Source: Mobula hypostoma
Taxonomy: Eukaryota
Direction: 5' to 3'
Assembly (NCBI RefSeq): GCF_963921235.1
Contig: NC_086101.1
Location: 31,372,001-31,436,000, forward strand
Length of the DNA stretch: 64,000 nucleotides
Below the pieces are notes generated by a model. The model worked only from the letters and a program-made list of their open reading frames with translations, was not told the DNA's origin and made no database searches. The first letter of the stretch is position 1, and each line of letters starts with the position of its first letter. The position numbers and the translations under genes are program-made. This document shows positions 51,549 to 64,000 of this stretch, piece after piece.

Positions 51549-53054
51549 CAGGTGTCCCCCGCTTTTTGAACGTTTGCTTTACGAAACCTCACTGTTACGA
51601 AAGACCTACATTAGTACCCTGTTTTCGCTAACAGGTGTTTTCACTGTTATGAAAAAAATCTAGAGCGCGATAAAAGGTAGCGCGCGCCCCGAGCAGCCAC
51701 TCTCCCCCAGATTCGGAGCAGCATTGCTTTAACACATGCCTGTGAGCAGCCGTTTGCAAGAGGAGTTCTGAGGTATTGGAAAAGCTTGAAAGAGCTCATA
51801 AGGGTGTTACACTTAGTGTAAAATTAGACACAATAAAGCATTTTGATCCTGGTGAACAGAGTAAGGACAACGCGAGTTTGGCTTGTGGAAGCTGACGAAG
51901 ATGTTGCTGAAGAGGTTTTGGCATCGCATGACCAAGAACTGATAGATGAAGAGCTGAGGCAATTGGAAGAGGAAAGGATAACAATCGAAACCGAATGAGT
52001 AATGATAAAGTACAACTTTAATTTTCAAAGGGTACATCGGTTTAGGGGATACAGCATTTGCAGGATGGTTTGAGTGCTTACAAAGAACTGTATGATAGAA
52101 AAATACGCGAGGCTCAGCAGTCAAGCAAGCCTTCCACATCAGCCACAGCAGACGATGAACTTTGACATCGAGGCAGGTAGTCACAGGAGAAGATGAGCTG
52201 CCTGCTCTAATGGAAACAGACGACGAGATGACACCCCAGTGTCCCACCACCCCAACACCCAGGCCACGTACAGATACCGATTCGTGGAGAATGAAGAAGT
52301 TGGGAGACACACAGCTCACCTTTAAGAAAAAAGCCAAAATAAACATGCTAATTAATTAGGTGCCACCCAACACATAAATGTCAGCCCAGATCAAAGGCTA
52401 TGCAATGGGCAATCGGCACTGATCTGGGCCGACAATTACGTGTCGGGCGGCACGTAATTAATTAGCATGTTTATTTTGGCTTTTTTCTTAAAGATGTGCT
52501 GTGTGCCTTCCAGCTACCGCTGGACCCCTGCGTGCTTCGTGGTAATGTATCGCTCGGTGGCTTGGAGAGTGGGGGCCACTGCACCACCCAAACTCCGACA
52601 AGTCTAACACACCAGTGTGCTCCGTGCTTTCCCAATTCCAGTAAGTGATACTACACTGTACATACATTATTTCTACTTTATATAGGCTGTGTATTTTTAT
52701 GTGTTATTTGGTATGATTTGGCAGCTTCATAGTTTAAAGGTTACTGGAGAGAGTGCTTTTGCCAACGGCGCTTGCGTGAGATTTGTGCTTCGGAGAACAG
52801 TGCCAGCGATGATTGTGGAAAAGTATTTCTACTTTATATAGGCTGTGTATTTATCATCATTCCTGCTTTTACTATGTTACTGTTATTTTAGGTTTTGTGT
52901 TATTTGGCATGATTTGGTAGGTTATTTTTGGGTCTGCGAATGCTCAAAATTTTCCCATGTAAATAAATGGTAATTGCTTCTTCACTTTACGACATTTCGG
53001 CTTACGATCCGTTTCATAGGAACATTCTACCTTCGGATGGCGGGGGAAATCCTG
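51549..53054. mobile_element. pogo/Tigger-like DNA transposon derivative (1.5 kb) in intron 1
   Basis: TIRs CAGGTGTCCCCCGC / GCGGGGGAAATCCTG, TA on both sides, internal long palindrome. Confidence 0.8.
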
Positions 53055-56000
53055 TATTTAATGCTTATTTTTGTAGTTCCACAGTTTGTCTTTTGCACAT
53101 TGGTTGTTTGTTCATCTTTGTGGTTTTCATTGATTCTATTGCGTTTCTTTGCATATACTCTGAATGCCTGATATAACCTCAGGGTAGCACATCATATAGT
53201 ATATGTACTTTAATAATAAAGTTACTTGAACATCTGAGGGAGACTGAACAGTATTAGTGCACAGGTAAAGGAGTTTGATGGCAGTTGGGATGTGTAGTGA
53301 AACTGGGCCTAGATTTAATTGGAGGGACTGCAAGCTAAGATAAGCAGAGGAAGTGACTGGGTAAGATGGTATGGAATGCTCAGAGACAACAATGAGCATG
53401 AGGCAGAGCAAATGGTGGTCTGGAAGAATTTTTTCCTAACAGAACCTTGCTCAGTTTGGTACGATGGGATTTTTAGTATTAAGTGGGTTGAGATCTGTAT
53501 GTGGGATTGATGTATTAAATACTACTGACATTGTGAGCAGCATCTCCCCTAGCCCTCAGTCAAGTTCTGGCAGGTACATCAGATCTGTGCTGGAATCTAC
53601 AAGGATCACTGGTTGAATCTTTTACAGCCATTAAGCTCCACTTGCACTCTGCTGCTGGGTGCCTGCAGTTCAATGAAGCTTGTTTTACAGAGCCATGGTC
53701 ATTTGTTGTGGAAATAAATCATTGCCTAAGTGTTGGCTTTTACCTCAGTGCTGGAATGAGGCAGATTGGGCCCCTGGTTTAAACAGCAGGGCTCAATACA
53801 AGGCATGTTCCTTGCAGGGCAAATGGGAACTGTCAGCATTGGTTGAACCCTGTAATATTTACAGTGGAGGTGCAAAATTTTGAACATAATGGCCAATTCA
53901 CATCTCACTGTCAGAGACACAGCAGGAAGACAACTGCATCTGCATTTGATGTTGCCTTCCATGTATACATCAGTTGTGTAAACCACCAAATCCAAAAACA
54001 GTAAATACCACAACTAGCCCAGGATGGCCTCCTCTGTGCAAAGTAGTCCAACAGCAAGGAGGAAATGGAGTACAGCAGGACAAATACTCCAGTGGGACAG
54101 GAGGATCTGGTTCAGGTAAACCAGAAACAGGTTGTCAATCTAAAATACTGAAGCTATTCTTCAGTAGGGAGATTTTTCAGTCCAGGTACATTCCCACAGA
54201 GGATGGTAGAGCAACCAATGCAAAAATTACAAATGTTAAAATCCACAGGGCAGATAGCATCTGTGGAGAGAAACCACCTTAGGTCATCACAATGTCCCTT
54301 GCCAGCCCTGATCAAAGGTCACACACAGACAACCAAATTGTGGTTGTCAGAAGTCAGTCACTTTAGTACCAAGATATCCTGCAGGAGTCCCTCAGGACAG
54401 GACCCTGGGACCAGCCAGCTACAGCCACTTCATCAGTAACCTTCCTTCCATTGTAAGGTCAGGAATATAGGGGATGTTCAATGACAATGTCACAAGGTTT
54501 AATTCTGAATACAATTCCTCACCAAATGAAGCAGGGTTCACCTATAGGCAGGAAAATCTGGACAATATTCAACGGACTGATGAAGCAGGTAAACACTCCT
54601 GGCACAACTGCCAGGCATGGTCTCCAATGCAAGTTTAACCTCCTCTTGATAGTTAGTGATGTTACTGTCATCTCCAGCCCCTGCCCCACCACCATAACAT
54701 TCCGGGAAATAGCATTGATCACCTACCCACTCAAATACTATGGCTAAAGAGCAGCTCCAAGACTGGGTATCCAGTAGTGAGTGACTTCTCCTGATGCCCC
54801 AACATGCACACACTAAGGAATTCCCACCTTAACAGCCCTACGCCCCTCACCAGTTCAAGGCACTGACTCATCACCATACCCAAGGCAATTAGGGATGCAC
54901 ATTACTCACGACAGGCACTTCCAGATGCCAAATAACATCGCCAAGTATATTTATGCAATACTTGGCATCCCCAAATAAAAGGGCAAATTAGAAACAATGT
55001 GATATCAAGTTGATAATACAAGTTTGAACTGGGCTGAACACAGGTGAAAGAAACAAGGATGGTAGTTTGCCTCCCAGTGGCCAGGGTTCATGATATTTCA
55101 GAGCATGTCCACAATATCGTGAAATGAGAGGGCAAGCAGCCAGAGGTCATGGTACATATTGGTACCAACAACAAAGGTAGAGAAAGGGTAGAGGCCTTGA
55201 AAGCAGATTTCAGGGAGTTGCTACAGGACAGGGAAATGGGGCAACAGCTGAGATCAAGTATAAAGTAATCCAGTCCAGATGGTGTGTCCTTCACTGAGGA
55301 AGGTGGAGCAGAAAATTGCAAAGATACCTGCCAGCCTTTCCATAAGAAAAAATGGAAAGCACTGGAGAAAAGCAAATAATGTAATCTTTTGGAAAAAGGA
55401 TATAGGGACAAATGCAGCAGCCATTCAATTAAACTTAAGCAGCACTTCAAGATCAAACCAGACCAGGCTGATCAATACTTTAAGTCAGCAAGATCATGCC
55501 TGACCAAATATTGTCCTTTATGATTCTCCAATCTCAAGACACATCTGCCTGTGCTTCAAAATATATTTTATCAGGCTGCAATTTCCCCTTGCAAGCTACT
55601 TTTGAACCAACTGTACAACCTGGTGTTTATGCTTCATCTTGGGGCATTTAGCGAATTGAAGTCCTGGGGGTACGGTTGCAGTGGCCATTGCTGGAGCAGA
55701 CTTGGGGTCAGATTGAGGCAGTGGGGCTAAGGCCCAAGATAAAGGATTGAGCTGAAGTTTGGCCAATTTAAGAGCCTGTCCAGATTGAACAGGTCAGGGT
55801 ATTGGACCCAGGGATGGGGGATGGGCCAGTGTTCAGCTCACTGCTCCATGAGATTTGTTTGCTTCTGAAGCTGTGGCCTACAGCCATCAGGCTTTACACC
55901 AGTGAACTGGCTTCGTGGCTGTGGATTCACTTTAAGGAGCTCTGGTTCATGCTCTGAGTATTACTTGTTTACTTTTATTGTTTGCAGAATTTTTCTGCAC

Positions 56001-56399
56001 GTTGGGTCTTTGACAGTCTTCATTCTATTGGCTTTTAAATTATTCTATTGTGTTTGTTTTGTGGCTGCCTACAAGATGACAAATCTCAAGGATGTATACA
56101 GTAGAATATACATGCAATAATAAATGTACCTTGAACATCTGTTAGGTCTACCCACTGCCTCCAATAGTACAGCAAACAATCCAATTTTGCTTCTTATAGC
56201 TAATACTCTAATCCAGGCAACATCCAGTTGTACCTTTTGCTCAGCTTCTCCAAGGCCTCCACATCCTTGTAATGCAGTGACTAGAGTTGCCCGCCATACT
56301 CCAAATGTGGCTCTAGTAAACTTATTCAACACCAATAGTCAAAGCCAAACATGCCACACACCTCTTTACCACCCTGGACATACCATTTTCTGATTACCA

Positions 56400-58870
56400 C
56401 TACCAGGAAAGAGGTACCACAAGACATAGAAGCAGAATTAGGCCACTCAGTCTATGAAGTCCAGTCCACTATTTTATCATGGCAGATCCCACTCAACCTC
56501 ATACACCCACCTTCTCACCACATCCTCCGATGCCCTGACCGATCAGGAAACTATCAATTTCCACTTTAAATACATGTATGGATCTTGCATCCACCATAGT
56601 CTGCGGCAGAGCATTCCACATATTTACTACTCTGGCTAAAAAAAATCCTCCATACCCCTGTTCTAAAGGGTCATCCCTCAATTTTGAGGCTGTGCCCTCT
56701 AGTTCTGGAGAACTAGAGAAAATATCCTCTCCACATCCACTTTAGTCCTTTAAACCTTCAGTAGGCTTCAATGAGATCTCCCCATATTCTAAATTCTAGC
56801 AAGTACAGGCCCAAAGCTGCCAAATGCACCTCTGATATTAACCCCTTCATTCCCAGAATCATCCCCATAAACCAACTCTGGACTCTCTCCAATGAGAGCA
56901 CATCCTTTGAGATATGGGGCCCAAAACTGTTAACAATACTCTTAGTGCAGTCCGACTAGTGTCTTATAAAGCCTCAGCATTATCTCACTGCTTTTACATT
57001 CCATTCCCCTTGAAATAAATGCCAACATTGCATTTGCCTTCTTTACCACAGACTTAACCTGTAAATTAACCTTCTGGGAGTCTTGCACAAGGACTCTCAA
57101 GTCCCTCAGCACCTGATGTTTGAACCTTCTCCCCATTTAGATAATAGTCTGCACTGTATTTTTTACCAAAATGCATCATCATACATTTCCCAAACCTATT
57201 CCATCTGACACTTTTGCCCATTTTTCCCAATTTGTCCAAGTCCTGTTGCAATCATGTTTCCTCAGCACTACCTACTCCTCCACCTATCTTTGTATCATCC
57301 ACAAACTTTTCCACAAGGCCATCAATTCCATTACTCAAATGGTTGACAAACAATGCAAAAAGTAGCAGTCCCAATATTGACCTCCGAGGAACACCACTAC
57401 AATGTGAAAAGCAGAGGTCAAAATACTGACCCTTGAGGAACACCACTAGTCACTGGCAGCCAACCAGAAAAGGTCCCCTTTATTCCCACTCACTGCCTCC
57501 TGCCCATCAGCCATTCTACTATCCATGCCATTATCTTTCCTGAAACACCATAGGATTTTATCTTGTTAAGCAGTCTCATGTGTGTCACCTTATCAAACAC
57601 CTTCTGAAAGTCCAATCAAATGACATCCACTGCCTCTCCTTTGTCCACCCTGCTTGTTACTTCCTTGAACTCTAACAGATTTGTCAGGCAAGATTTCCCT
57701 TCACAGAAACCATGCTGACTGACTTTTATCATTAATCTCCAAGAACATCAAAACCTCATCCTTAATAGACTCCAATACTTTCCCAACCACTGAGGTTAGG
57801 CTAACTAGCCTTTAATTTCCTTTATTTTGTCTTCCTTACTTAAAGAGTGGAGTGAAATTTGCAATTTTCCTGCCCTCTAGGGCCATGCCAGGATCAAGTG
57901 ATTCTTGAAAGATCATGACAATTTCATCTGTTATCCCTTCAGCAACCTCTCAGGACTCTGGGATATAGTCCATCTGGCCCAGGTGACTTATCCACCAAGA
58001 CCTTGAGTTTGCCTCGCACCTTTTCGTTTGAAATAGCAATGACACTCATGAACCTCTGGCACACTGCTAGTGTCGTCCAGTGAAGACAGATGCAAAGTAC
58101 CCATTGAGTTCATTTGCTATTTCTTTGTTCCCCATTACTACCTCACCGGCATCATTTTCTGGTGGTCCAATGTGAACTCACCTCCCTTTTACTCTATACA
58201 AAAAAAATTTTTGGTGTCCTGCTTTATATTATTGATTAGTCTGCCTTCATTTCATCTTTTCCCCTGTAGCATTTTTAGTTGCCTTTTGTTGGAATTTAAA
58301 TTTTCCAATCATCCAACTTCCCATGCACTTGCTACTTTATATGCTCTTTCCTTGGCTTTTATTCAATCCTTAACTTCCCTTGTCAGCCACAGTTGGCTAG
58401 TTCTGCCATTTGAGCTTTTTGCTCTGTGGGACATGTCTATCCAGTGCCTTGTGAACCATTCCTAGAAACTTCAGCCATCTGTTCTGCCATCATCCCTGCT
58501 AGTATCATCCTCCAATCAGCTTGGGCAAGCTCCTTTCACCTGCCTCTAATTCCCTCTGTTCCATTGTGATACAGATTTATGAATCATGCTTCTCTCAAGT
58601 TGTAGTACAAATTCAATCATTATGATCCCTGCCTCCCAAGGATTCCTTTACACTAAGCTCCCTAATAAGATCTGGGTTATTACACAACACCCAATCTAAG
58701 AGAGCCTTTCCCTGAGTAGGCTCAAGCATAAGCTGCTCTAAAAAGTCATCTCGTAGGCATTCAACAATTTCCCCTCTTGCAATCCGATGCCAACCTGATT
58801 TTCCCAATCCCTTACAATTGTGTCATTAACCTTATTACATACCTTTTCCAGCTCCCTTTGCAATCTCAAC
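56400..58870 (-). mobile_element. CR1 LINE remnant
   Basis: [24 protein letters not shown] and ECLRDDFLEQLMLEP fragments plus 3' tail. Confidence 0.85.
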
Positions 58871-59699
58871 CCCACATCTTGGCTATTTGGAGGCAATACA
58901 GGAACATCAAACCCAAACTCAATATTGAATTGATTGAAACCTATTGAAATATTTTAGGAACGATGTCTACATTCTGCCTTCAAATTCAACCTCCCAAAGT
59001 GCATCTCTTCACAATTCTCCAAGTTGGGCTCCATCTGCCACAGCAGCCCAGCTCTGCACCACTTCAATGTCCTGCTGTAATTAACAACAAACCTCTACAC
59101 TATCCACAACTCCAACCTTTATGTCATCTGCAAATCTATTAAACCACCCTTCCACTTCATCAGAGAGTGGTGAATCTGTGGAATTCTCTGCCACAGCAAA
59201 CTGTTGAGGCCAGTTCATTAGCTATGTTTAAAAGGAAGTTAGATATGGCCCTTGTGGCTACAGGGGTCACGGGGTATGGAGGGAAGGCTGGGTTCTGAGT
59301 TGGATGATCAGCCATGATCATAATAAATGGCGGTGCAGGCTCGAAGGGCCGAATGGCCTACTCCTGCACCTATTTTCTATGTTTCTATGTTTCTATCATC
59401 CAAGTCATTTATACACATTTAAAAAAAAATCCACAAAGCAGGAGTCCTAGAACAGATCCTGCGGAACACCACTGGTCACCTACCTCGAGGCAGAATATGC
59501 TCCATTCTTTGCCTTTCATGGGCAAGCCAATTCTGTATTGACAGCCAACTTTCCCTGTATCCCACATACCTGTGTTTCTGAATGAAGTAACAGCTTACTA
59601 AAATCCATACAAGCCACATTCACTGTTCCACCAAAAATCTGCTTCAATTAGGCTCTTGAGGTTTATCCTACCACTCAAAGCCACGCTGACTGTCCCTAA

Positions 59700-60853
59700 T
59701 AGATTATGCTTCTCTAAATGCCTGCAAATCCTGTCTAAGAATCTTAGACATGATTTACAAGCACTTATAGAAATGCTTTGAGTCAGTGGACTCTGAGCAA
59801 GGATTTATCTTATAGCCTGAATGAATATGCTACAATTGTCACCAACTTCAAAATCTGTGTTGAAGAGTGTGTGCCTAGGAGAACATACTGTACATTACTG
59901 AATCAAACATTGGATGAATCAGGAGATTCATAGTCTGCTGGAGGCTAGATCTGTGACATTCAAGTCTGGTGACCCAGGACTATACAATACAGGTATGACT
60001 TAGAGGGCCATCTCGAGATGAAAGGAACAATTCCAAACTAGGTTGGAGGCAGAATTTAAAGCACATCAACTCTGGTAGGGTTTTCAATCATTACTTCCTA
60101 CAAAGTGAAATCTAATATGAATGGCAGTAATGCTTAATGCATGCAGCTTAATGTCAAACAGACGAAGGAGCTGGTGGTGGACCTGAGGAGAGCTAAGGTA
60201 CCGGCGACCCCCGTTTCCATCCAGGGGTCAGTGTGGATGTGGAGGGTTACAAATACCTGGGGATACGAATTGACAATAAACTGGACTGGTCAAAGAACAC
60301 AGACTGTCTACAAGAAGGGTCAGAGCTGTCTCTATTTCCTGATGAGACTGAGGTCCTTTAACATCTGTTGGACGATGCTGAGGATGTTCTACGAGTCTGT
60401 GGTGGCCAGTGCAATCATGTTTGCTGTTGTGTGCTGGGGCAGCAGGCTGAGGGTAGCAGACACCAACAGAGTCAACAAACTCATTCGTAAGGCCAGTGAT
60501 GTTGTGGGGATGGAACTGGACTCTCACAGTGGTGTCTGAAAAGAGGATGTTGTCCAAGTTGCATGCCATCTTGGACAACGTCTCCCATCCACTACATAAC
60601 GGACTGGTTGGGCACAAGAGTACATTCAGCCAGAGACTCATTCCACCGAGATGCAACACAGAGCGTCATAGGAAGTCATTCCTGCCTGTGTCCATCGAAC
60701 TTTACAACTCCTCCCTTGGAGGGTCAGACACCCTGAGCCAATAGGCTAGTCCTGGACTTATTTCCTGGCATAATTTACATATTACTATTTAATTATGGTG
60801 CAACTGTAACAAAAACCAATTTCCCTCGGGATCAATGAAGTATGACTATGACT
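59700..60853 (+). mobile_element. L2/Rex-Babar-like LINE 3' portion
   Basis: QLNVKQTKELVVDLRR...LYFLMRLRSFN; tail GGGATCAATGAAGTATGACTATGACT, the same tail as the small insert at about 16425-16475. Confidence 0.75.
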
Positions 60854-63350
60854 TCACTCCCAGAAGAGATCAAAGCCTTTTATGCACACTTTGAAAGGGA
60901 GAATAAAATTACAGCTGATGATCCCTACAGCACATCTTGGAGGTGTGAGGGGATCCTGGAGTACCCCTATTAACTGTTTGGAGAGAGACATTCATCATTG
61001 ATTGTTTGGAAAGGAGAGAGAGAGAGACAGTTATTTACCACCAATATGTTGCTTTTGGAAAAGAGACAAACAAAGATTGACAGTTGGACTGTCACTTTAA
61101 GGCATTGGAAGTAACTTTGGATTTTTACTGAGTTGGGAGTTGGAGACAGCACCGAGCAGCTGAAAGGTTGCTGTGGTGACTGAAGGCGGTGGACACTCAA
61201 TGTTATGATTTTCAGCAGGTTGTTGATATTACTTCCAAGGACAGGTTGCCTGCTTGTGCACTCCTTTACAGACAAAGGAGGGAGGGACTCAGTGACAGGT
61301 GATGCTCAGCACAGAAATAAATGGGAGGTCAGATGATACAGACCTCAGGACACATGATCTGGACACTGAATGAGCATTGCTGTGCCTGCAGAGAAAGTGG
61401 GTTTTGGAGGATCGATCAGGTGGATCGATTCCAAATTGCTATTCCATCAGTGAAGAAGGGGTTGACTGGTGGGGAGTTGTCTATGTGTCCACCCTCACCT
61501 GGGTGATAGCTCCACCACAGAAGACCGGACCCCCTGGTTAAAGTCACAGTCGGTGATTTGTAAAGGATTTCGGAGGACGACGAGAAGATCGACGGCATCA
61601 GCTCACCTGAAGACTCAAATCTCCCTCTCTCCCTCTCTCCCTCTCTCCCTCTCTCCCTCTCTCCATCCATCACTACTCAACTCAATACCACAAACTGAAC
61701 TTCACTCAACTTCGTAAGACTATCTTTTTACCCCTAGACTTAAAGCTTGGTTTTCACAGATATATTCCACACTATATATAATCATTGCTAATCTGTTTGA
61801 TTTATCTACATTTATATTACTGTATTGCATAGTTACTAATAAATATTATTAGTTTATAACAATACGAGACTCCAAAGTATTTTCCATTTCTGCTGGTTCT
61901 TTATCTCTGTCACAGGGTACGTGACAGAGGATGATGTCAGAATGTCTTTCAAGAGGGTGAAACCCTGCAAAGCAACAGGCCTTATTGGTGTGCCTGTTAG
62001 GGCTCTGAAAACTTAGGTCAACCATCTGGCAAGTATGTTCAAAGACAGTTTCAATCTCATTCCCATCCACTTCGAAAGGGCAACCATCTTACTAGTGCCC
62101 AAGAGCAGGGTGAGCTGCCTTAATCACTATCATCCAGTAGCCTCACATCTACAATGAAGTGCTTTGAGAGGTTGGTTATGGCTAGAATCAACTCCTGCCC
62201 AAGGATGTGGGCCCACTGCAACTTGCATGAAGCCACAATAGGTCTACAGTGGCTGTGATCTCACTGGCTCTTCACACAACCTTGGATCAATACAATACTT
62301 GCATCAGGTTGTTGTTATTGACTACAGCTCAGTGTTTAACACAAGCATTCCTATAGTTCTAATCAAAAAGCTCCAAAACCTGGGTCTCTACCTCCTTCTG
62401 CAGCTGGATCCTTGACTTCCTCAAAAGACCAGTTTATGCATCTCAGAAATAACATCTCCACCTCTTTGATAATCAATACTGGCAGACAAGGATGTGTGCT
62501 TAACCAACTGCTCTTCTCTATGACCCATGTCTGTGTGGCTAAGCACAGCTCAAATACCATCTACAAATTTGCTGATGATAGCTATTGTTAGCAGAATTCC
62601 AGATGGTAATAAGCACAAAGACAGATTAGCTAGTTGAGTGATGCTGCAGCAACAATCTTGCAAGGGAAAAGAATTGATTGCAAACCTTAGCAAGGGCAAG
62701 ACAAGAGAACATGCCATTTTCAGAGGGATCAGAAGTGGAAAGATTGAGCAATTTCAAATTCTTGGGTATCAACATATGAGGAGCTAGCCTGGGCCCAACA
62801 TATTGATGTAGTTACAAGGAAGGCAAAACAGCAGCTATGTCATTAGGAGTTGAGGAGAATTGGCATGTCACAAAAGACACTCAAGTTTCTACAGATGTAC
62901 CGTGGAGAGCATTCTAACTGGTTGCATCACAATCAGATTCGGGGGTGGGCAGGGGAAGACAGACTGCACGTGATCAAAATAAGCTGCAGAAAGTTATAAA
63001 CTCAGTCAGCTCCATCAGGACCTAAACCTCCCCAGCATCCAGCACATCAAGGAGCAATGTTTCAAAAAGGCACCATCAACCAGAGCATGGCCTGTTCTCA
63101 TTGCTACCACCAGGGTGGTGCTACAGGAGCCTGAAGGCACATACAACCTTTCAGGAATAGCATCTTCACCGCCATCAGACTTCTGAATGGACATTGAACC
63201 CATGAACACTACCCCACTATTTTCCTCTAAACTAGTTATTTAATTTCACTTATTTAATATACACTTACTGTAATTTTTAAATTATGTATTGCATTGTACT
63301 ACTACTGCATAACAAATTCGTGACATACTTGAATGATATTGATCCAGATT
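60854..63350 (+). mobile_element. Old L2-like LINE remnant that hosts the second solo LTR
   Basis: Decayed RT-type sequence (…TGAAGTGCTTTGAGAGGTTGGT…, AAATTTGCTGATGA) continuing across the LTR; similar L2-like debris at about 6440-7110, 8090-8680, 9080-9520, 14000-14480, 15000-15400 and 20820-21310. Confidence 0.65.
60944..61926 (+). mobile_element. Solo LTR (983 bp), related to the 17227-18086 LTR
   Basis: TGTGAG...GTGACA termini, 4-bp TSD GAGG, AATAAA near 61838, shared 3' end TTTCTGCTGGTT...GGGTACGT(A/G)ACA. Confidence 0.9.
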
Positions 63351-63417
63351 CTGATCCATTAGGCCTCACCAATGTCTTGTAGAACTTCAGCCTAAAATCC
63401 CATCTCCTGTACTCAAA

Positions 63418-63559
63418 TAAAAATTGCTGGTGAACACAGCAGGCCAGACAGGGTCTCGGCCCAAAACGTCGACTGTACCTCTTCCTATAGATGCTGCCTG
63501 GCCTGCTGCGTTCACCAGCAATTTATGTGTTGCCTGAAATTCCAGCATCTGCAGATTTC
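63418..63559. mobile_element. Fold-back Penelope-tail mini-element with about 14-bp TSD
   Basis: CTCCTGTACTCAAA at 63404-63417 and 63560-63573; antisense arm, then GGGTCTCGGCCC… sense tail. Confidence 0.85.
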
Positions 63560-64000
63560 CTCCTGTACTCAAAACTTATTTCATGAAGGTCAACATGCCA
63601 AAAGCATTCTTTACAACTCCGTGTACATGTGACATCACTTTCAATGAATTACAGATCTCTATTCCCGAATCATTTTGTTCTACCACTCAGTACTCTGCCA
63701 TTCATTGTAATCCTATTGTGGTTGGTCCTACTGAAGTGCAACACCTCACACTCACCTGCATTAAATTCCATGCGCCATTTTTCCAGTCCATTTGCCAACC
63801 TGATCCACATCCTACTGAAAGCCATGATAGTCTTCCTCCCTGTCCACTGGACTCCATGCAGTTAAGCACACTGTCATCCAAATCAGTGATATACATGACA
63901 AACAATAACAGACCCACCACCAATCCCTATGACAGGCCTCCAGTCAGAAAGGCAACCATTTCCTACCACTCTGGCTTCTCCCACCCTACCTAATCAAATT

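Noticed and set aside
53891-53940. GTGAATTGGCCA Y-box-like motif on the minus strand as the beta promoter
   Set aside because: No X box at the required spacing and no leader-like ORF with a donor site downstream.
53990-54120. Hydrophobic minus-strand frames (e.g. FVLLYSISSLLL; FLLAVGLLCT) as exon 1
   Set aside because: In-frame stops upstream, no ATG, and no suitable donor in the better frame.

Overview
Vertebrate genomic DNA, very repeat-rich. The protein sequence and repeat families point to a cartilaginous fish, probably a ray or skate (inference). The one host gene I can support is an MHC class II beta chain gene on the minus strand. Its exons are beta1 (50689-50955), beta2 Ig-C1 (44898-45182), connecting peptide/TM (37653-37769), a 30-bp cytoplasmic exon (25466-25495) and a probable terminal exon (stop ending at 25197). 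All junctions are GT-AG and phase 1. The leader exon and promoter could not be placed securely and may lie beyond base 64000. The 3' flank (7.5-21.5 kb) holds four plus-strand copies of an MHC-II-type S-X-Y module, each followed by a conserved kappaB-like block and none followed by a gene; one sits inside a local segmental duplication. The rest is CR1, L1 and L2/Rex LINE debris (including a three-level nest), Penelope-like GIY-YIG retroelements with minimal hammerhead ribozyme motifs and fold-back mini-derivatives, two related solo LTRs, a Gypsy integrase relic, Tigger/Tc1 DNA transposons and tRNA-SINEs. Everything was read by eye, so repeat boundaries are approximate unless a TSD or TIR is quoted.
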